DNA from: an uncultured delta proteobacterium
GTDB lineage: Bacteria > Desulfobacterota > Desulfobacteria > Desulfobacterales > JAFDCJ01
Direction: 5' to 3'
NCBI GenBank assembly: GCA_963769935.1
Contig: CAVYNY010000003.1
Location: 32,001 to 96,000 of the forward strand
Length of the DNA: 64,000 nt
The translations under genes were made by a program, and so were the position numbers. The notes beneath the pieces were generated by a model. That model was given only the letters and a program-made list of their open reading frames with translations, had not been told where the DNA came from and did not search any database. Of the stretch, positions 1 through 9,877 are shown one piece after another. Within the stretch, counting starts at the first letter, position 1, and each line of letters opens with the position of its first letter.

Positions 1-207
1 TCGTACCGGCAATATTGTCATAAATTTCCAGCAGAAGGAGTGAAGGTGGTGCTGGAGGTAAAAGAGGCAACCAACCGAAAAATGCGGGGAGATTTCACGT
101 TCCTTGACTCGGACGATGTGATTGTGGCGAGTATAAGCGGTTACGAGGCCGTCATGGATGCATCCCTGATAAAAGCATTTAAACCTGCTTACCGAGCTTC
201 GGCTTAG
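1..207 (+). CDS. 3' end of a PfaA-like polyketide/PUFA synthase (C-terminal PKS dehydratase-like region), partial
   Basis: Frame 1 is open from the window edge: SYRQYCHKFPAEGVKVVLEV...MRGDFTFLDSDDVIVASISGYEAVMDASLIKAFKPAYRASA*, TAG at 205-207. It resembles a hot-dog PS-DH C-terminus and lies upstream of a PfaBC-like gene. Confidence 0.65.
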   Translation, partial: SYRQYCHKFPAEGVKVVLEVKEATNRKMRGDFTFLDSDDVIVASISGYEAVMDASLIKAFKPAYRASA

Positions 208-210
208 GGT

Positions 211-395
211 TCACGAAAAAATAAGTTCACAATTTTAGGCGTTGCGCCGCCCGGCTGGCAAGGCACGAAAACGTAGGAATATATAGATATTTCGAGCTTT
301 CGCAACGCAGCCGGACGGGATGCATCTACCTTTAAAATTTGAGGTGATGCATCGGCATACAAAATGTGAGGCCATTCCGGCATGTCCGGATTACA
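211..395. repeat. Palindrome-rich intergenic element (MITE/REP-like)
   Basis: Non-coding, with an internal hairpin gatgcatctacctttaaa/tttgaggtgatgcatc (319-353) and further imperfect inverted segments. Only one copy in the window. Confidence 0.4.
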
Positions 396-659
396 TTAAA
401 CGACTTTTTCTATCCCCCTGTGAATATCTGCCGGTATGCCGCAAAAATCAAGGGTTTCTATAGTTGAAACGAAGCTTTTGCATGGCGGGCAGTATTTTTT
501 AGGCTTTCCCCGGCCACTCCAAAGCAGCTTCATTCTGTGCCCGATGCCGCATTTCGGGCAGATACATTCAATTGTCATACCATTAGGATAATTGTTTTCG
601 GCGTCATCCAAACATTCGAGTTCTTCCCTCAAATTATTGCTATTGCTGGCTGCAACCAT
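396..659 (-). CDS. Small Cys-rich putative zinc-binding protein
   Basis: CPKC...CPPC motifs. ATG at 659 with an AGGAAAG-like RBS upstream; the track's longer start overlaps the RHH gene. Confidence 0.65.
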   Translation of the reverse strand: MVAASNSNNLREELECLDDAENNYPNGMTIECICPKCGIGHRMKLLWSGRGKPKKYCPPCKSFVSTIETLDFCGIPADIHRGIEKVV

Positions 660-717
660 AACAATATCTTTCCTTAGGATTAATGGCAAGGCCGGTGTTA
701 TGTGTCCGGCGTCTCTC

Positions 718-873
718 TCATCTCCTTTTCTTATTTTCGAATTTCTTAATGAGGTCATCGATGGCCTCTTCCAGCAGCGTTCCGATAGATTTATCCTCAT
801 CAACGGCGAGATGCTTTAAGGCCTTCAAGCGATCGGCATCGATTCTGGTAGAAAAGGTTTTTTTTGTGCTCAT
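718..873 (-). CDS. Ribbon-helix-helix DNA-binding protein
   Basis: MSTKKTFSTRIDADRLKALKHLAVDEDKSIGTLLEEAIDDLIKK fits the beta strand + two helices RHH pattern; 51 aa. Confidence 0.8.
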   Translation of the reverse strand: MSTKKTFSTRIDADRLKALKHLAVDEDKSIGTLLEEAIDDLIKKFENKKRR

Positions 874-1361
874 GAAATTATTCTTAATATAAATATTTAT
901 TTCTTGCAAGTATTTTTTTAAAGAATTAATAAATAAATTTTTAATTGTTTAAAAGGCTATTGCTAGAAAAAAATAATTCATAAATGTACCAAATAAAGAA
1001 CCCTGGCCCAGAGGGCCAGGCATCGACGTCACGCCGGAGGGGGGGATGTTGGCCGTCGGAGAACCCATGAAATAATGGAATACTGGAAAAATGGGAAATA
1101 CCGGATCGAAAAGAACCGGCCGGTCGGCCCGCGTGAAAAGCTTTCTTTCCCAATTCCAGTCGTTCGGACGCTGGCAGATCATCAAGCAGTGCTTTTACCA
1201 GCCGCAGGGCATCGATCTGCTCTCTCAAGTCCTTATTTCTTGACATCGAAACCCAACAGTTGATAGGCTAAATGACGTTTAACAATAACTCGCCATTGGC
1301 AGCTCACCGATATTAGATCTCAGGCATTTTGCCGCAAAATGCGTCTTATAATATCAGCGCA

Positions 1362-2537
1362 ATGAATTCAGTGACTAAGAAAAAAAATAGTTTCGATATC
1401 ATTATTATCGGAGCGGGACCCGCAGGATCCACCGCGGCTTATATATTGGCTTCCAATGGATTCCATGTTCTCATTGTGGATAAAAGTGCTTTTCCGAGGG
1501 ATAAGCTTTGCGGTGGTCTCTTAACCTTGAAAACAGTCAAATTGCTGGAAAGCATTTTTGAGTTATCCGTCGATTTCATGAAAAATCATCGTATCGTCAC
1601 CTACCAAAGTTTTAACTACAAGGTCGCCAGCAGCAGCGGGGATTTCATTAAAGGTCGCCTGAATCACCCTTTTTACTTTACACAGCGCGGCGTCTATGAT
1701 GCATTTTGGCTGGAAAAGGCGCAAAAAGCGGGGGCTGAGTTCAGAGCAGGCGAAAAAGTCGTCGCCCTGGATATCTCCAATAAAAAATTGACAACCAGCA
1801 GGGGGCATGAGTATTTCGGAAATTATATCCTGGGCGCCGATGGCGCCCTCAGTAGAACCAGACGATTGTTGTCGGCGGCAGGGTACATTAAACGGGATTG
1901 GCACTCGGATATGGCTACGACTCTAGAAGTCTTTATAGCAAATCGGCACATACCCGAGCTGCTGCAATATCCGGTAATTTATTTCGGTCACATTCCCTGG
2001 GGATATACCTGGAGTTTTCCAGGAGAGCACTTTCGAGTTCTCGGTATTGCCGGATTGAACGTTGGAAGGGGCAAATCTCTAAGAGTGGGTTTTCATAATT
2101 TTTTGGCGTCATTGAATATTTCAGTGAAGAAAATTCCCCGTTTTAAAAGCCACGCCCTGCCCTACGGAAATTATCTTACCCTTCCCGGCTACGGCAATGT
2201 ATTATTGCTGGGCGATGCCTGCGGACTGACAGATCCTCTGCTCGGTGAAGGTATTTATTATGCCCACAAAAGCGCCCGGCTGGCAGCTATGGCTATCCTG
2301 AATTCTTATGACAATGCCCAAGCGGTTTTTAAGAGCTACACGCGGGATTTAGGGCAGGATATTATCACGGAACTTAAGCTGGTTCGAATGCTGCGGAAGA
2401 TTATCTTTTCTTTGCCGGGGAGATGGCCCTACAAAATTTTATCCTTTATGCTCAAAACAATTCCCAGACAATGTGAAGAGGTCTTGCATGGACAACGCTC
2501 AATAAAATGGTTGCGTCGGCGTTCCTTTGATACCTAA
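1362..2537 (+). CDS. Geranylgeranyl reductase family FAD-dependent oxidoreductase
   Basis: GAGPAG FAD motif, FPRDKLCGG, GADG, and LGDACG...P..GEGIYYA signatures. ATG 1362 preferred over TTG 1329. Confidence 0.9.
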   Translation: MNSVTKKKNSFDIIIIGAGPAGSTAAYILASNGFHVLIVDKSAFPRDKLCGGLLTLKTVKLLESIFELSVDFMKNHRIVTYQSFNYKVASSSGDFIKGRLNHPFYFTQRGVYDAFWLEKAQKAGAEFRAGEKVVALDISNKKLTTSRGHEYFGNYILGADGALSRTRRLLSAAGYIKRDWHSDMATTLEVFIANRHIPELLQYPVIYFGHIPWGYTWSFPGEHFRVLGIAGLNVGRGKSLRVGFHNFLASLNISVKKIPRFKSHALPYGNYLTLPGYGNVLLLGDACGLTDPLLGEGIYYAHKSARLAAMAILNSYDNAQAVFKSYTRDLGQDIITELKLVRMLRKIIFSLPGRWPYKILSFMLKTIPRQCEEVLHGQRSIKWLRRRSFDT

Positions 2538-2661
2538 CGAAGTCAATCGCCGTTCGGATTATTTGACGCTGAACCGTGAATAAAAAATCAACCATCAAAA
2601 GCCGAATGCCGAATTAATTATGATGCTGTGTTTAGACAATCAATCGGCAAAAATATCTTGC

Positions 2662-2706
2662 AAGAAAAGCGGAATGACGCTGTCAACGAACCACTCCGCT
2701 TTTTCT
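2662..2706. terminator. Probable bidirectional intrinsic terminator
   Basis: Inverted repeat gaaaagcgga...tccgcttttt between two convergent genes. Confidence 0.5.
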
Positions 2707-2785
2707 CACTGCCTTATTAATGTCTACCAGCAGTAAATCAACACCTTTTGAGCTCAGGCTTCAGACGGTGGGCTTCGTCAAAGCG

Positions 2786-3232
2786 TCAGGATCCGACATA
2801 GACACCTCGGCCGGATTTCTTGATGCGGCCCTCTTTGGCTGCCCTAAAAACGATGTTGCGCACTTTTTTATCATCAAAACCAGTCTTTTTCTTCAGGGTA
2901 GGCACATCAACACCTTTTTTCGCGCGCTTGATGATTTTTAAAATCTCATCGGTCGCTGTTGCCGGCTCGGTCTTTTTCCCGGCAACTGCTTTTTGGGCAG
3001 ATGTTTTTGCTACCGCGGTCTTTTTGGCAGCAGTCTTTTTAGCAGCGGCCTTTTTGGCAGCAGTCTTTTTAGCAGGTGCTTTTGGGGCGGGTTTGGCTTT
3101 AACCGCCTTTGCTTTTGGAGCTTTTTTAGCCTGTCCCGCCGATCCGGCAGCCTTTAATAATTTCTCCATTTTTTTCTCAAGAGTTTTAAATTCCTTTTTT
3201 AATGCCGTCAGTTCTTTCATGGTGATAGCCAT
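2786..3232 (-). CDS. Histone H1-like Lys/Ala-rich DNA-binding protein with a C-terminal winged-helix-like domain
   Basis: AKKTAAKKAAAKKTAAKKTA repeats, an N-terminal coiled coil and C-terminal ILKIIKRAKKGVDVPTLKKKTGFDDKKVRNIV...GRGVY. GAGGAGGA RBS before ATG 3232. Confidence 0.8.
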   Translation of the reverse strand: MAITMKELTALKKEFKTLEKKMEKLLKAAGSAGQAKKAPKAKAVKAKPAPKAPAKKTAAKKAAAKKTAAKKTAVAKTSAQKAVAGKKTEPATATDEILKIIKRAKKGVDVPTLKKKTGFDDKKVRNIVFRAAKEGRIKKSGRGVYVGS

Positions 3233-3838
3233 TCTTATAATCCTCCTCAACTCAAATAAGTTTAGTAAAATTACTCTCGGATATTACGCTTTCACTCAGA
3301 ACAAATTTGATCGTCCCTCTAAAGAGTTATATTTAAGCTAAGTTAAATAAACTACTATATAGATAAATTACTTTATAGCAGTAAATTTGTCAAGCAATAA
3401 GCCGAAAATAATAAAAGAATCTAATTGATTAGACTGACAACCGCTTTATTGGCAAAGTCTCTTTCAGTAATAATCAATACCGTTGGAAGCAGAAATGGTC
3501 TGACAAAAAATAACTAAGGTTGAACCTGATTTCTAATCTGGATTTTTTTTTACTGTAGATAGATGACTATTTAAAGATTATGATTTTATATGGACACGGC
3601 TCCCTAATCCGGACATTTAAAAGCGTCATGACTTGTCAGGTTAGATGCAAATCTCCCGCCGGGCGCCATCTTGTTGAAAGCGGTTCTAGTGTAAATTTTT
3701 TGTTTGCCGGTTGCCTTACAACGCCTGATAAGGTATATATATGGACTGCATTCATGGCTGATAAAATTCCGGCAATTTATCAGGCGTGAACTGTTTTTAG
3801 AATAATCGAATAAATATCATTAAAGTCATCTGATAAAT

Positions 3839-4471
3839 ATGAACCCCCAAAAGCCGATAGCTGTGGTCGGAATGGCCGGCCTCTTTCCCGGAGCCGTGAA
3901 CCTCGATCTCTTCTGGCAAAACATCATCAACAAAATCGATGCCGTCTGCGAAGCGGACGTGGATCGTTGGCAGGTTGATCCGGATTCGATGGTTTCGCAG
4001 GGATTACAGATCGACAGGGCTTATTCCAAACATTGCTGCCTGATACCGGATTTTAAATTTGATCCTGCGGGCTTGGCCCTTGATAAGGATTTGGCAGCCG
4101 CCCTAGATCCGCTTCATCACATCGTGCTGCATGTCGGCCGGGAGGCTATCGCCGGAATCCGGCAACCAACCTTAAATCGTCAACGCACCGGTGTGATTCT
4201 GGCAGCCATTGCCTTGCCGACGGATGCAACCTCCGCAATTACCAGAAAGTTGCTGGGGGCAGCTTTGGAGGAAAAGCTGTTTGCCGGTGTTGCCGATTAT
4301 AGCAGAATCCCCGATACTGAATCTTTTTCCCGCAACCGCTATCTGGCCGGTCGCGTAACCAGCCTGCCGGCTGCTGTTCTGGCAAAAGCGCTTAGGTCTG
4401 GGCGGCGGCACCTACACCCTCGACGCTGCCTGTGCATCGTCCCTATATGCCGTCAAGCTGGCCTGCGATGA
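3839..4471 (+). CDS. PUFA synthase fragment: N-terminal half of KS domain 1
   Basis: PIAVVGMAGLFPGA...LDPLHHIVL; frame shifts near 4391, just before the catalytic Cys motif. Confidence 0.6.
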   Translation: MNPQKPIAVVGMAGLFPGAVNLDLFWQNIINKIDAVCEADVDRWQVDPDSMVSQGLQIDRAYSKHCCLIPDFKFDPAGLALDKDLAAALDPLHHIVLHVGREAIAGIRQPTLNRQRTGVILAAIALPTDATSAITRKLLGAALEEKLFAGVADYSRIPDTESFSRNRYLAGRVTSLPAAVLAKALRSGRRHLHPRRCLCIVPICRQAGLR

Positions 4472-4496
4472 ACTGCATGCCCAGCGTGCCGACGCC

Positions 4497-7232
4497 ATGC
4501 TGGCCGGAGGTGTTTCAAGACCTGATTGTCTATTTACCCAGGTCGGATTCAGTCAGTTAAGAGCGTTGTCTCCCTCCGGCCGCTGTGCGCCTTTTGATGA
4601 AAGTGCCGATGGTCTAGTCGTCGGAGAAGGTGCGGGCATAGTGGTGCTGAAACGTCTGGCTGATGCCGTACGGGATCAGAATCCAATCTACGGGTTGATT
4701 CATGGCGTCGGTCTTTCCAATGACATGCGGGGCAACCTGCTTGCCCCGGACAGCGAAGGCCAGCTGCGCGCCATGCGCAAAGTTTATGACTCGTGCGGCT
4801 GGACCCCATATGACATTGATCTGATCGAATGTCATGGTGCCGGAACGCCACTGGGAGACCTGACCGAGTTAAACAGCCTGAGAACATTGTGGCAGGATTC
4901 CGGATGGAAGAAAAATCAGTGTGCGATCGGTTCGATCAAATCCATGATCGGCCATTTATTGACCGCTGCCGGTGCCGCCGGCATGATTAAAACCCTCCTG
5001 GCGCTGCAAAACAAAACTCTGCCTCCATCGCTGAATTTCAACCAAGCGTCTCAGAACAGCCCGCTGTCCAATGGTCCTTTCCGTGTGCAAACTGAACCTG
5101 CACCCTGGCATCGAAAAGAGGATCACAAGCCGCGGCGGGCTGCCGTAAGTGCCTTTGGATTCGGCGGCATTAATGCTCACATGCTCTTGGAAGAGTACGA
5201 TGAAGCGGCTCAGGGCGATCGACCCAAGGCGCACGGTATAAAATTAAAAATCGATTCAGAAGGCCCTGTTACTCATGCTTCCGATCTGGTTGGCGAGCAT
5301 GGCGAGCTTATCCAGGAAACAACCGGGACAATTCCGCAATCCGCAATCCGCAATCCGCATTCCGACATTGCCATCATTGGCATGGAGGCGGTTTTCGGAT
5401 CGACCGGTTCCCTGAGAGATTTTCAGGAACTTATCTTCAATGGCAAAACCAATTTCCAAGACCGGCCGCGACTGCGCTGGAAAGGCTGCGACCTCGCGGC
5501 CAATGCGTATCTGCCCAATCGATTTTTAAGCGGCGGCTTCTGTGAAGAAATTGCGATAGCTGCCGGCCAATTCCATATCCCACCGAAGGAAATTCCGGAT
5601 ATTCTTCCCCAGCAAATACTAATGCTGAAAGTTGCTGCCGGAGCCATGCGGGATGCCGGCTTGCCTTTAAGAGAAGAGCGCCCCGGCATGGGAGCGGTTA
5701 TCGGTATTGATTTTGATTTTGAGGCTACTAATTTTCATTTGCGCTGGCACCTGAACCATATGTTTTCCGAGTGGATGGAAAAACTCGGCCGGGCTCCGCA
5801 TGAAGAAGAAGAAAACGCCTGGCTGGAAACATTGAAAGACACCTGCAGCCCGCCGTTGACTGCCACGCGCACATTAGGCGCTTTAGGCGGAATCGTTGCC
5901 AGCCGAATTGCCCGGGAGTTTCGCTTGGGCGGACCGAGTTTCGTGGTTTCATGTGAGGATGCCGGCGGCTTAAAAGCATTGGAAATCGGCGTGAGGGCTT
6001 TGCAGCAAAATGAGGCCGAGGCCTTTTTGATAGGCGCGGTGGATTTAAGCGGGGATGTCCGCAACATCATCCTGGCAGCTCAAGTGAGATCCTATTCTCC
6101 GAAAGGACAAATCCGGCCATTTGATCGGGACGCCGACGGCATGCTGCCCGGTGAAGGGGCCGCGGCATTGGTCATCAAGCGCCTTGACCGGGCAATTGCC
6201 GATGGAAACAGAATATATGCCGTCATCAAAGGTATCGGCGGCGCCAGCGGCGGCGGCATTGATCCGAGCATCCCAACCGGTGAGGCATATCTCCGTTCCC
6301 TTCGAAATTGCTGCCGGGATGCTGCTGTTTCGCCTGCGGCCATCAGCTTTGTGGAAGCCCACGGCAGCGGTAATCCTGCCGAAGACGATCTGGAATCCAC
6401 TGCCCTGCATGAATTTTTCGGCAGCCGCCAGGATCCCTGTGCCATCGGATCAGTAAAGGCCAACATCGGCCACACCGGCGCGGCATCGGCTTTGGCTGCG
6501 CTGGTCAAAACCAGCTTGGGCCTCTATCACGAAATCCTGCCGCCCCTGGTTAATTTCACCACTCCCGGGAACCCGCAGTGGCTCAAGGAAGATTTTCATT
6601 TTCCGGGCTATCCTCAATACTGGTTCAGAGATCGCAGCGACGGTGCGCGCAAAGCTCTGGTCGCGTCCATGACGCCCGACGGCAACTGCATGCACGTCAT
6701 GCTTGAAGGCTGCGAATATGAGGCCGCCGGCGAAATTGAGCAGCCGATGCTGCCTCAGGTTGTCCTTGAGAGAAAAAGACCGCTGGGATTACAACCCTTT
6801 GGGCTTTTCAGCGTTGAAGGGCACAACAAGCAGACCTTGCTCAAAGGTCTGGATAACCTCAATCAGCATATTGAAAATTATATAATACCATCCGGCGGTG
6901 TAAAGGACTCCCCAAAACCGGCCGCCATGGAGGAGGCCGCTCGAACCTGGTACATGGCAAACCGTCTCAACCCCGGCCTCAAGTATGCCGTGTCGATTAC
7001 CGCCGCTGACTTTTCAAATTTGAAAAATTGGATTGCCGTCGCCAGAGAAGCGGTTTTGTCGCGATACTACCTTAAAAATGGGCAGTGCCGGCGGAATCCG
7101 GTATTCAGCGCATCCGCTGGGCCACCGGGGGAAACTGGCGTTTGTATTTCCGGGATCGGGCAGCCACTATCTGGGTATGGGCCGGGATATCGGGGTGCAT
7201 TGGCCGTCAATTATAAACGAAATGGACGTTGA
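4497..7232 (+). CDS. PUFA synthase fragment: C-terminal half of KS plus chain-length-factor domain
   Basis: ECHGAGTPLGD, GSIKSMIGHLL, SAFGFGGINAH. The second KS-like domain has SCEDAGG in place of the canonical DAACAS active site. Confidence 0.7.
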   Translation: MLAGGVSRPDCLFTQVGFSQLRALSPSGRCAPFDESADGLVVGEGAGIVVLKRLADAVRDQNPIYGLIHGVGLSNDMRGNLLAPDSEGQLRAMRKVYDSCGWTPYDIDLIECHGAGTPLGDLTELNSLRTLWQDSGWKKNQCAIGSIKSMIGHLLTAAGAAGMIKTLLALQNKTLPPSLNFNQASQNSPLSNGPFRVQTEPAPWHRKEDHKPRRAAVSAFGFGGINAHMLLEEYDEAAQGDRPKAHGIKLKIDSEGPVTHASDLVGEHGELIQETTGTIPQSAIRNPHSDIAIIGMEAVFGSTGSLRDFQELIFNGKTNFQDRPRLRWKGCDLAANAYLPNRFLSGGFCEEIAIAAGQFHIPPKEIPDILPQQILMLKVAAGAMRDAGLPLREERPGMGAVIGIDFDFEATNFHLRWHLNHMFSEWMEKLGRAPHEEEENAWLETLKDTCSPPLTATRTLGALGGIVASRIAREFRLGGPSFVVSCEDAGGLKALEIGVRALQQNEAEAFLIGAVDLSGDVRNIILAAQVRSYSPKGQIRPFDRDADGMLPGEGAAALVIKRLDRAIADGNRIYAVIKGIGGASGGGIDPSIPTGEAYLRSLRNCCRDAAVSPAAISFVEAHGSGNPAEDDLESTALHEFFGSRQDPCAIGSVKANIGHTGAASALAALVKTSLGLYHEILPPLVNFTTPGNPQWLKEDFHFPGYPQYWFRDRSDGARKALVASMTPDGNCMHVMLEGCEYEAAGEIEQPMLPQVVLERKRPLGLQPFGLFSVEGHNKQTLLKGLDNLNQHIENYIIPSGGVKDSPKPAAMEEAARTWYMANRLNPGLKYAVSITAADFSNLKNWIAVAREAVLSRYYLKNGQCRRNPVFSASAGPPGETGVCISGIGQPLSGYGPGYRGALAVNYKRNGR

Positions 7233-8370
7233 AACATCGCGCTTAAAGACCCAGGTGCTGCCGGATTGTTATATCCCCTGGCGGGTTTCATGGGCGCCGG
7301 GCTGGCAGCAGGAGGCGTATCAGAAGATCATCGCCGATCCATTGCACATGATTTTCGGTCAGGTGGTGCACGGTTGTATGATGGCCAACCTGATAAAGCA
7401 TTTTGAAATTAGACCGTCAGCGGTTATCGGTTACAGCTTGGGCGAATCAGCAGGCTATTTTGCCATGAATGTCTGGCCGGAACGCGGTGAAATGCTGAAA
7501 CGAATGCAGACCACCAACTTATTCACAACTGAGTTGGCCGGACCATGCAACGCCGCCCGCCGGGTATGGAACATTGCATCCACCGAAGACGTCAACTGGC
7601 GGGTGGCGGTCGTCAACCGCTCGGCCGCTGCGCTGGACCGCATCCGCGATCGCTATCCAACCATCCGCCTGCTGATTATCAATACACCCGAGGAATGCGT
7701 CATCGGCGGCCGCCTGCCGGACGTCAAGGCTGCCATTCAGGATTTAAATTGCGAAGCCATTTTCCTGGATGGTGTCGTAACCGTGCATTGCGACGCGTTG
7801 AAGCCGGTTGCCGATGCGTACCGCGATTTGCATGTATTTCCCACGCAAGCGCCGGAAGGCATTCGCTTTTACAGCTGTGCCCTTGGACGTACCTATGAAC
7901 TAACCGGCGATAAAGCGGCAAATTCCATTCTCAACCAGGCGCTGCATGGGTTTGACTTTACGGCCACCGTAAACCAGGCCTACCAGGATGGTGTCCGCAT
8001 ATTTCTGGAGCTGGGCCCCCATTCGTCGTGTACCCGCATGATCAACCGCATGCTGCAGGATAAGCCCCATCTGGCTCTTTCGGCCTGTGTCCAGGCCGAA
8101 CAGGACTACATCACAATCGTCAAGGTGCTGGGAGCTTTGATTGCCGAACGCGTGCCGGTGAATCTGGAAAAACTTTACGGTCGTGATGCCTACCCACCGG
8201 CGATGATTGAGCCGGTCGGCCGAACTCCCCCAAGAACAGATCAGCGTAGTCATCGGCGGCAAGCGCCCTCGCCTTCCCTGCCGGATTTTAAGTCAATAAC
8301 GGACAGAGGCCGAAGACAGCCGGTGGCGGACCAGGACCGAATACGACGCCGACAAAGGATCAGAAGATAG
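7033..8370 (+). CDS. PUFA synthase fragment: acyltransferase domain
   Basis: AFVFPGSGSHYLGMG, IGYSLGE, FLELGP motifs. Confidence 0.65.
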   Translation: MPSPEKRFCRDTTLKMGSAGGIRYSAHPLGHRGKLAFVFPGSGSHYLGMGRDIGVHWPSIINEMDVETSRLKTQVLPDCYIPWRVSWAPGWQQEAYQKIIADPLHMIFGQVVHGCMMANLIKHFEIRPSAVIGYSLGESAGYFAMNVWPERGEMLKRMQTTNLFTTELAGPCNAARRVWNIASTEDVNWRVAVVNRSAAALDRIRDRYPTIRLLIINTPEECVIGGRLPDVKAAIQDLNCEAIFLDGVVTVHCDALKPVADAYRDLHVFPTQAPEGIRFYSCALGRTYELTGDKAANSILNQALHGFDFTATVNQAYQDGVRIFLELGPHSSCTRMINRMLQDKPHLALSACVQAEQDYITIVKVLGALIAERVPVNLEKLYGRDAYPPAMIEPVGRTPPRTDQRSHRRQAPSPSLPDFKSITDRGRRQPVADQDRIRRRQRIRR

Positions 8371-8655
8371 CGAGCAGAAAACCGCAACCGATCGAAGGCG
8401 GTCATGAACACGCGAATCCTTCGGCAATTTCGGAATTGATTGAAACCGCCGACCGCATTGCGGCAAGCACCGCCGATGCCCATCAGAAATTTCTAGAGCT
8501 TTCCGGGGAAATCACCCGGTCCTTTGCTGAGACATTTAACCTCCAAACCAGGCTCCTGGAACGGGCTCTGGAGACTGACGAGAATGTTATTTCAGGTCCC
8601 GAAATAGAAAGTACTTTTTCTTATCAGGGATAATTCCGATCTCTCAACCAACCAA

Positions 8656-9177
8656 TTGCAACTTTCGGATTCTGATATTCCGCCTTCCGTTCCCGTCTTC
8701 GATCGCACCGCGTGCCTTGAATTTGCGATTGGATCTGTCGCCAAGGTCCTGGGAACCGAGTTTGCCGTCGTGGACACCTATGCCGCCAGGGTGCGACTGC
8801 CGGATGATCCCCTGATGCTGGTGGATCGGATTCTTTCCGTCGAGGGAGAAAAAGGATCACTGGGCTCCGGCCGCATCGTCACCGAACACGATGTGCTGGC
8901 GGGCGCATGGTACCTGGACGGCGGCCACGCTCCGGTCTGTATCTCGGTTGAGGCCGGTCAGGCGGATCTTTTTTTAAGTGCCTATCTGGGGATCGATCTC
9001 AAGGTGCAGGGCCGGCGGACCTACCGGCTGCTGGATGCAACCGTTAATTTTCACCGGGAATTGCCGCTCCCGGGAGAAACCATCCGCTATGAAATCGAAA
9101 TTGAAAAGTTCCTCCGTCAGGGAGAGACCTATCTCTTCTTATTTCATTTCAAAGGATTTATCGGCAAACGCCCCTGA
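8656..9177 (+). CDS. PUFA synthase fragment: FabA-like (pseudo)dehydratase domain
   Basis: RLPDDPLMLVDRI, EHDV..AWYLDGG, EAGQADL motifs. Confidence 0.6.
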   Translation: MQLSDSDIPPSVPVFDRTACLEFAIGSVAKVLGTEFAVVDTYAARVRLPDDPLMLVDRILSVEGEKGSLGSGRIVTEHDVLAGAWYLDGGHAPVCISVEAGQADLFLSAYLGIDLKVQGRRTYRLLDATVNFHRELPLPGETIRYEIEIEKFLRQGETYLFLFHFKGFIGKRP

Positions 9178-9565
9178 TTACCATGACCAACGGGTCCGCC
9201 GGCTTTTTCACCGAGCAGGAAGTCAAAAATTCAGGCGGCATTATCTTAAGCGGGGAAGACCGCCAGGCGGTTGCTGGAAAAAAACCTGCCAGCTGGCCAG
9301 AATTGGTCCCCCTGCGTCCGAGAAGGCTATGATGACACGTCGCTTCAGGCCCTGCGATCCGGCAACCTGCGAGAATGTTTCGGCGAGGCATTCAAGGGTA
9401 TTACCCTGCCCAATGAATTAGGCTGCCCGGCGGCCGGATGAAGTTGATCGACCGGGTCGTCAACCTGGACCCTTCCGGCGGGCGGTTCGGTATTGGGAAT
9501 GATTCAGTGCTGAAGCTGATATTCACCCGGACGACTGGTTTTTAACCTGTCATTTCGTCGATGAC

Positions 9566-9877
9566 ATGGTGATGCCGGGCACTTTGATGTATGAATGCTG
9601 CGCGCACACCCTGCGCGTATTTCTGCAGCGTATTGGGTGGGTGACCGAAAAATCGGGCGTGTTTTATGAACCGGTCAGGGGAATCGCAGCCACGCTAAAA
9701 TGCCGGGGTCCGGTAACACCGGAAACCGGAAAGGTTACCTATGAAGTTGAAATCAAAGAAATCGGTTATCGGCCCGAACCTTATGTGATTGCTGATGCGT
9801 ACATGTATGCCGACGGACACCGCATCGTGTATTTTCGGGACATGTCGCATGCAGATGAGCAACATCACCCGCGATGA
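9566..9877 (+). CDS. PUFA synthase fragment: FabA-like dehydratase domain
   Basis: Preceded in frame by DIHPDDWFLTCHFVDD; MVMPGTLMYE, CRGPVTP, ADGHRI. Confidence 0.55.
   Translation: MVMPGTLMYECCAHTLRVFLQRIGWVTEKSGVFYEPVRGIAATLKCRGPVTPETGKVTYEVEIKEIGYRPEPYVIADAYMYADGHRIVYFRDMSHADEQHHPR

Noticed and set aside
941..1246. 101-aa minus-strand ORF
   Set aside because: Its 3' half runs through intergenic repeat-like and AT-rich sequence and no family is recognisable. It may be a remnant but cannot be supported.
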